Below, piece by piece: positions 61,321 to 64,000 of a stretch of DNA of 64,000 nt. How positions within the stretch are numbered: position 1 is the first letter of the stretch; each line of letters opens with the position of its first letter. The notes below the pieces were generated by a model. The model was not told the DNA's origin and searched no databases. It was given only the letters and a program-made list of their open reading frames with translations. This stretch comes from Bugula neritina. Lineage: Eukaryota > Animalia > Bryozoa. The stretch covers positions 15,463 to 79,462 of the forward strand of contig CAXIUT010000291.1 of the NCBI GenBank assembly GCA_964035545.1, in the 5' to 3' direction. Made by a program: the position numbers and the translations under genes.

Positions 61321-62404
61321 TGATCACTTTTAATCCCGATGACCATCCCCACCGCCGCTATAATCCGCTTAGCGGCGAATGGGTTTTAGTCTCACCGCAG
61401 CGTGGTAAACGCCCGTGGCAGGGGCAGGCAGAGAAGCGGGAATACGAGCAGTTTGCCAGCCATGAGGCGTCTTGTTATCTGTGTCCGCGTAATGAACGTA
61501 TGGGAGGCGCAAAAAATCCGGATTACCGGGGCTGTCATGTCTTTGCAAATGACTTCCTGCGCTACTAACGGATACGCCACCGGCAGGTAATAATACTCTG
61601 CTCCTGCATGAGCGTCATGAAGGACGATTACTGCGTAATCACAGTGTGCATGGCCTGAGTCGGGTGATTTGTTATTCAGAGAATCATAGTTTGACTTTAC
61701 CGGAGCTGACAACGACAGAAATCAGAGGGATTGTTGATACCTGGGTTGAACAGACGGTTGAACTGGGGCGTGATTATTGTTGGGTACAGGTGTTTGAAAA
61801 CAAAGGCGCGATGATGGGCTGTTCACAGCCACACCCACACGGCCAGATCTGGGCCAGCGATTTTTTACCGAACGAAATTGCCCGTAAAGATCAGCACCTG
61901 CGCGCATACTGGCAGCAACATGGGACAAACCTACTGCTGGATTACGTGAAACTGGAAGCCGAAGCGGGTGAACGTGTTGTTGTGGAAACGGCACACTGGC
62001 TGGCAGTTGTGCCTTACTGGGCGATGTGGCCGTTTGAAACCTTACTGATGCCGCGTACCACCGTCGCCCGTTTTGACCAGATGAGTGCGGAACAACGTGC
62101 GGATTTAGCCGTGGCTTTGAAGCAACTAACCACCCGCTACGATAATCTGTTTCAAACCAGCTTTCCGTATTCGATGGGCTGGCATTATGCACCATTCGGC
62201 GACGCGGCGAACACATCGGATAGCCTGAACTACTGGCAGCTCCACGCAGTGTTTTACCCACCATTATTACGCTCGGCCACAGTGCGTAAGTTTATGGTGG
62301 GTTATGAAATGCTGGCAGAGGCGCAACGCGATTTAACACCGGAGCAGGCGGCGGAGCGGCTACGGGCGGTGAGTAGTGAGCGGCACTACCTGATGGAGGT
62401 GTGA
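61320..62404 (+). CDS. galT: Galactose-1-phosphate uridylyltransferase (one frameshift near 61555)
   Basis: [41 protein letters not shown]; the frame from 61556 runs open into the 61646 ORF. Confidence 0.93.
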
Positions 62405-63557
62405 TGGTGATACACGATTTATTACAGTTAAATGCCGCTTTTCAGCAAGCCTTCCAAACCATCACTTCGCCGCACCGGGGCGGGTTAACCTAATCGGCGA
62501 ACACACCGATTATAATGATGGTTTTGTCCTGCCTTGTGCGATTAATCGCCATACACTGGCGGCGGTACAAGTGCGGTATGACAACACCGTCCGTGTCGTT
62601 GCTACGGACTACGCGCAGCAGGTCGACATGTTCCGGCTGGATCAGCCAATCACGCAGAATGAAGTACAGCCCTGGGCCAATTATGTACGTGGCGTAGTAC
62701 AGGTGATGCTGGCGCGTGGTTATGTGTTGGGTGGTATGGACATCGCGATCATCGCGATTAGCGGCAATATTCCACAGGGCGCGGGTCTGAGTTCATCCGC
62801 CTCGCTGGAAGTACTGATTGTGCAGTGTTTTAACAGCCTGTATGAGCTGGATATTTCCCGCACCGATATGGCGCTCATCGGTCAGCAGGCAGAGAACGAA
62901 TTTGTTGGCTGTATGTGTGGTGTGATGGATCAGCTGATCTCCGCCAGTGGGGTCGCCGGGCATGCGTTGATGATTGATTGTCGCAGTTTGGAAACTCAGT
63001 CGGTGGCGATACCGGATGCGCTTAATATCCTGATTATTGATTCCAATAAACCGCATGCGCACGTCGATGGTGAATACAATACCCGGCGCAAACAGTGTGA
63101 AGCGGCAGCAGCATATTTTGGTGTAACAGCGCTGCGTGATGTTGAACTGACGCAATTAGACGCTGCGACCGGTCTGGATGTGATGACCGCAAAACGCGCC
63201 CGCCATGTGGTGAGTGAGAATGCGCGTGTATTGGCGGCGGCAGAAGCACTGGAGCAGGGCGATATCGCACAGCTGTCAGCATTAATGGCCGCGTCTCATA
63301 TTTCCATGCGCGATGACTTTGAGATTACCGTGCCGGAGATTGACTGGCTGGTGGCGACGGTACAGGGCTGCGTGGGTGAGCGTGGTGGCGTACGGATGAC
63401 CGGTGGCGGATTTGGGGGCTGTGTGGTGGCGCTGTTGCCGGATGATGCGGTTGAACCGGTGAAGCGGGCGATTGATGATGCTTATGAGGCTGAGTTTGGC
63501 TTGCGGGCGACGTTTTATCTATGTGTGGCGGGTGATGGGGTAGGGGTGGTGTTGTAA
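62404..63557 (+). CDS. galK: Galactokinase (frameshift near 62450-62460)
   Basis: APGRVNLIGEHTDYNDG hand-read upstream of 62571 in the same frame; PQGAGLSSSA, CGVMDQ, RMTGGGFGG. Confidence 0.93.
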
Positions 63558-63561
63558 AGCT

Positions 63562-63652
63562 GGGCTTCAACTCCGTGGTTCTTGAGCGGAGCTGAAAGGC
63601 TCAGCCCTCGGACCGTGCTACTGAATCGCGCCCTGAGCGGAGCCGAAGGGCA
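63562..63652. repeat. REP-like element related to 9855-10018
   Basis: CCCTGAGCGGAGCCGAAGGG and degenerate TTGAGCGGAGCTGAA / CTTCAACTCCG between convergent genes. Confidence 0.7.
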
Positions 63653-63795
63653 GAACAAATCTGCTGCTTTATTGGTTTTCATGTCCGCTTCTATGTCCGG
63701 TTTAAAAAGACTGGAAAGTTTATTTGTATCAGTTGGTTGGCGCAGATTGGGACGGTTAAAGCGCCGCTTTTATGTCCGGTTTGTTGGGTGGCTGT

Positions 63796-64000
63796 CTAAG
63801 CCGTCTCCCGAATCGTCAACTGTGCCGCTAACTGAATTTGTCGCACCGGCTTATCCGGCTGTTCTATCCGATCCAGTAGCGTTTGCGCCAGCTGTTCCCC
63901 CAGCCCGAACGGATTTACCGCCAGCGTGGACAGTGGCGGCGTCCATAGTTCGGCCTCCGCTGTGTTATCGAAGCCGATAATCGCGAGGTCACTTCCGGCC
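63796..64000 (-). CDS. 3' end of a LacI-family transcriptional regulator (partial, one frameshift near 63900)
   Basis: Hand translation: GSDLAIIGFDNTAEAELWTPPLSTLAVNPFGLG/EQLAQTLLDRIEQPDKPVRQIQLAAQLTIRETA*. Confidence 0.88.
   Translation of the reverse strand, partial: AGSDLAIIGFDNTAEAELWTPPLSTLAVNPFGLGEQLAQTLLDRIEQPDKPVRQIQLAAQLTIRETA

Noticed and set aside
63681-63782. Three ATGTCCG(C/G)TT motifs
   Set aside because: They lie between convergent genes with no downstream start; too short to support a function.
63582-63980. 132-aa + strand ORF
   Set aside because: Spans a REP element and is antisense to the LacI-family 3' end.

Overview
Gammaproteobacterial chromosomal window. Gene order (nit-tldD-pmbA, scpB, rne-rluC-HAD-S49, cysE) and the style of the giant surface proteins suggest Thiotrichaceae; this is inference. 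It holds housekeeping genes, two IS630 elements, tRNA-Val(GAC) followed by two toxin-antitoxin pairs, two AAA_14/DUF4143 ATPase genes with paired upstream palindromes, an SDR-galT-galK operon and the 3' end of a LacI-family gene missed by the ORF track. Two things stand out. (1) A 20.5-kb minus-strand three-gene cluster (39664-60191) resembles a cohesin-dockerin-type assembly: a ~3200-aa Ca-binding repeat protein ending in a dockerin-like duplicated loop, a small secreted protein made of one ~165-aa domain, and a 3326-aa protein with nine copies of that same domain alternating with eight GEVED domains. The fold assignments are inferred from motifs only. (2) An unannotated ~230-nt sigma54-dependent A-rich RNA gene (~6615-6843) with IHF site, candidate enhancer and terminator resembles CrcZ-type Hfq-sequestering sRNAs. 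About nine frameshifts in otherwise intact genes are probably long-read assembly errors.
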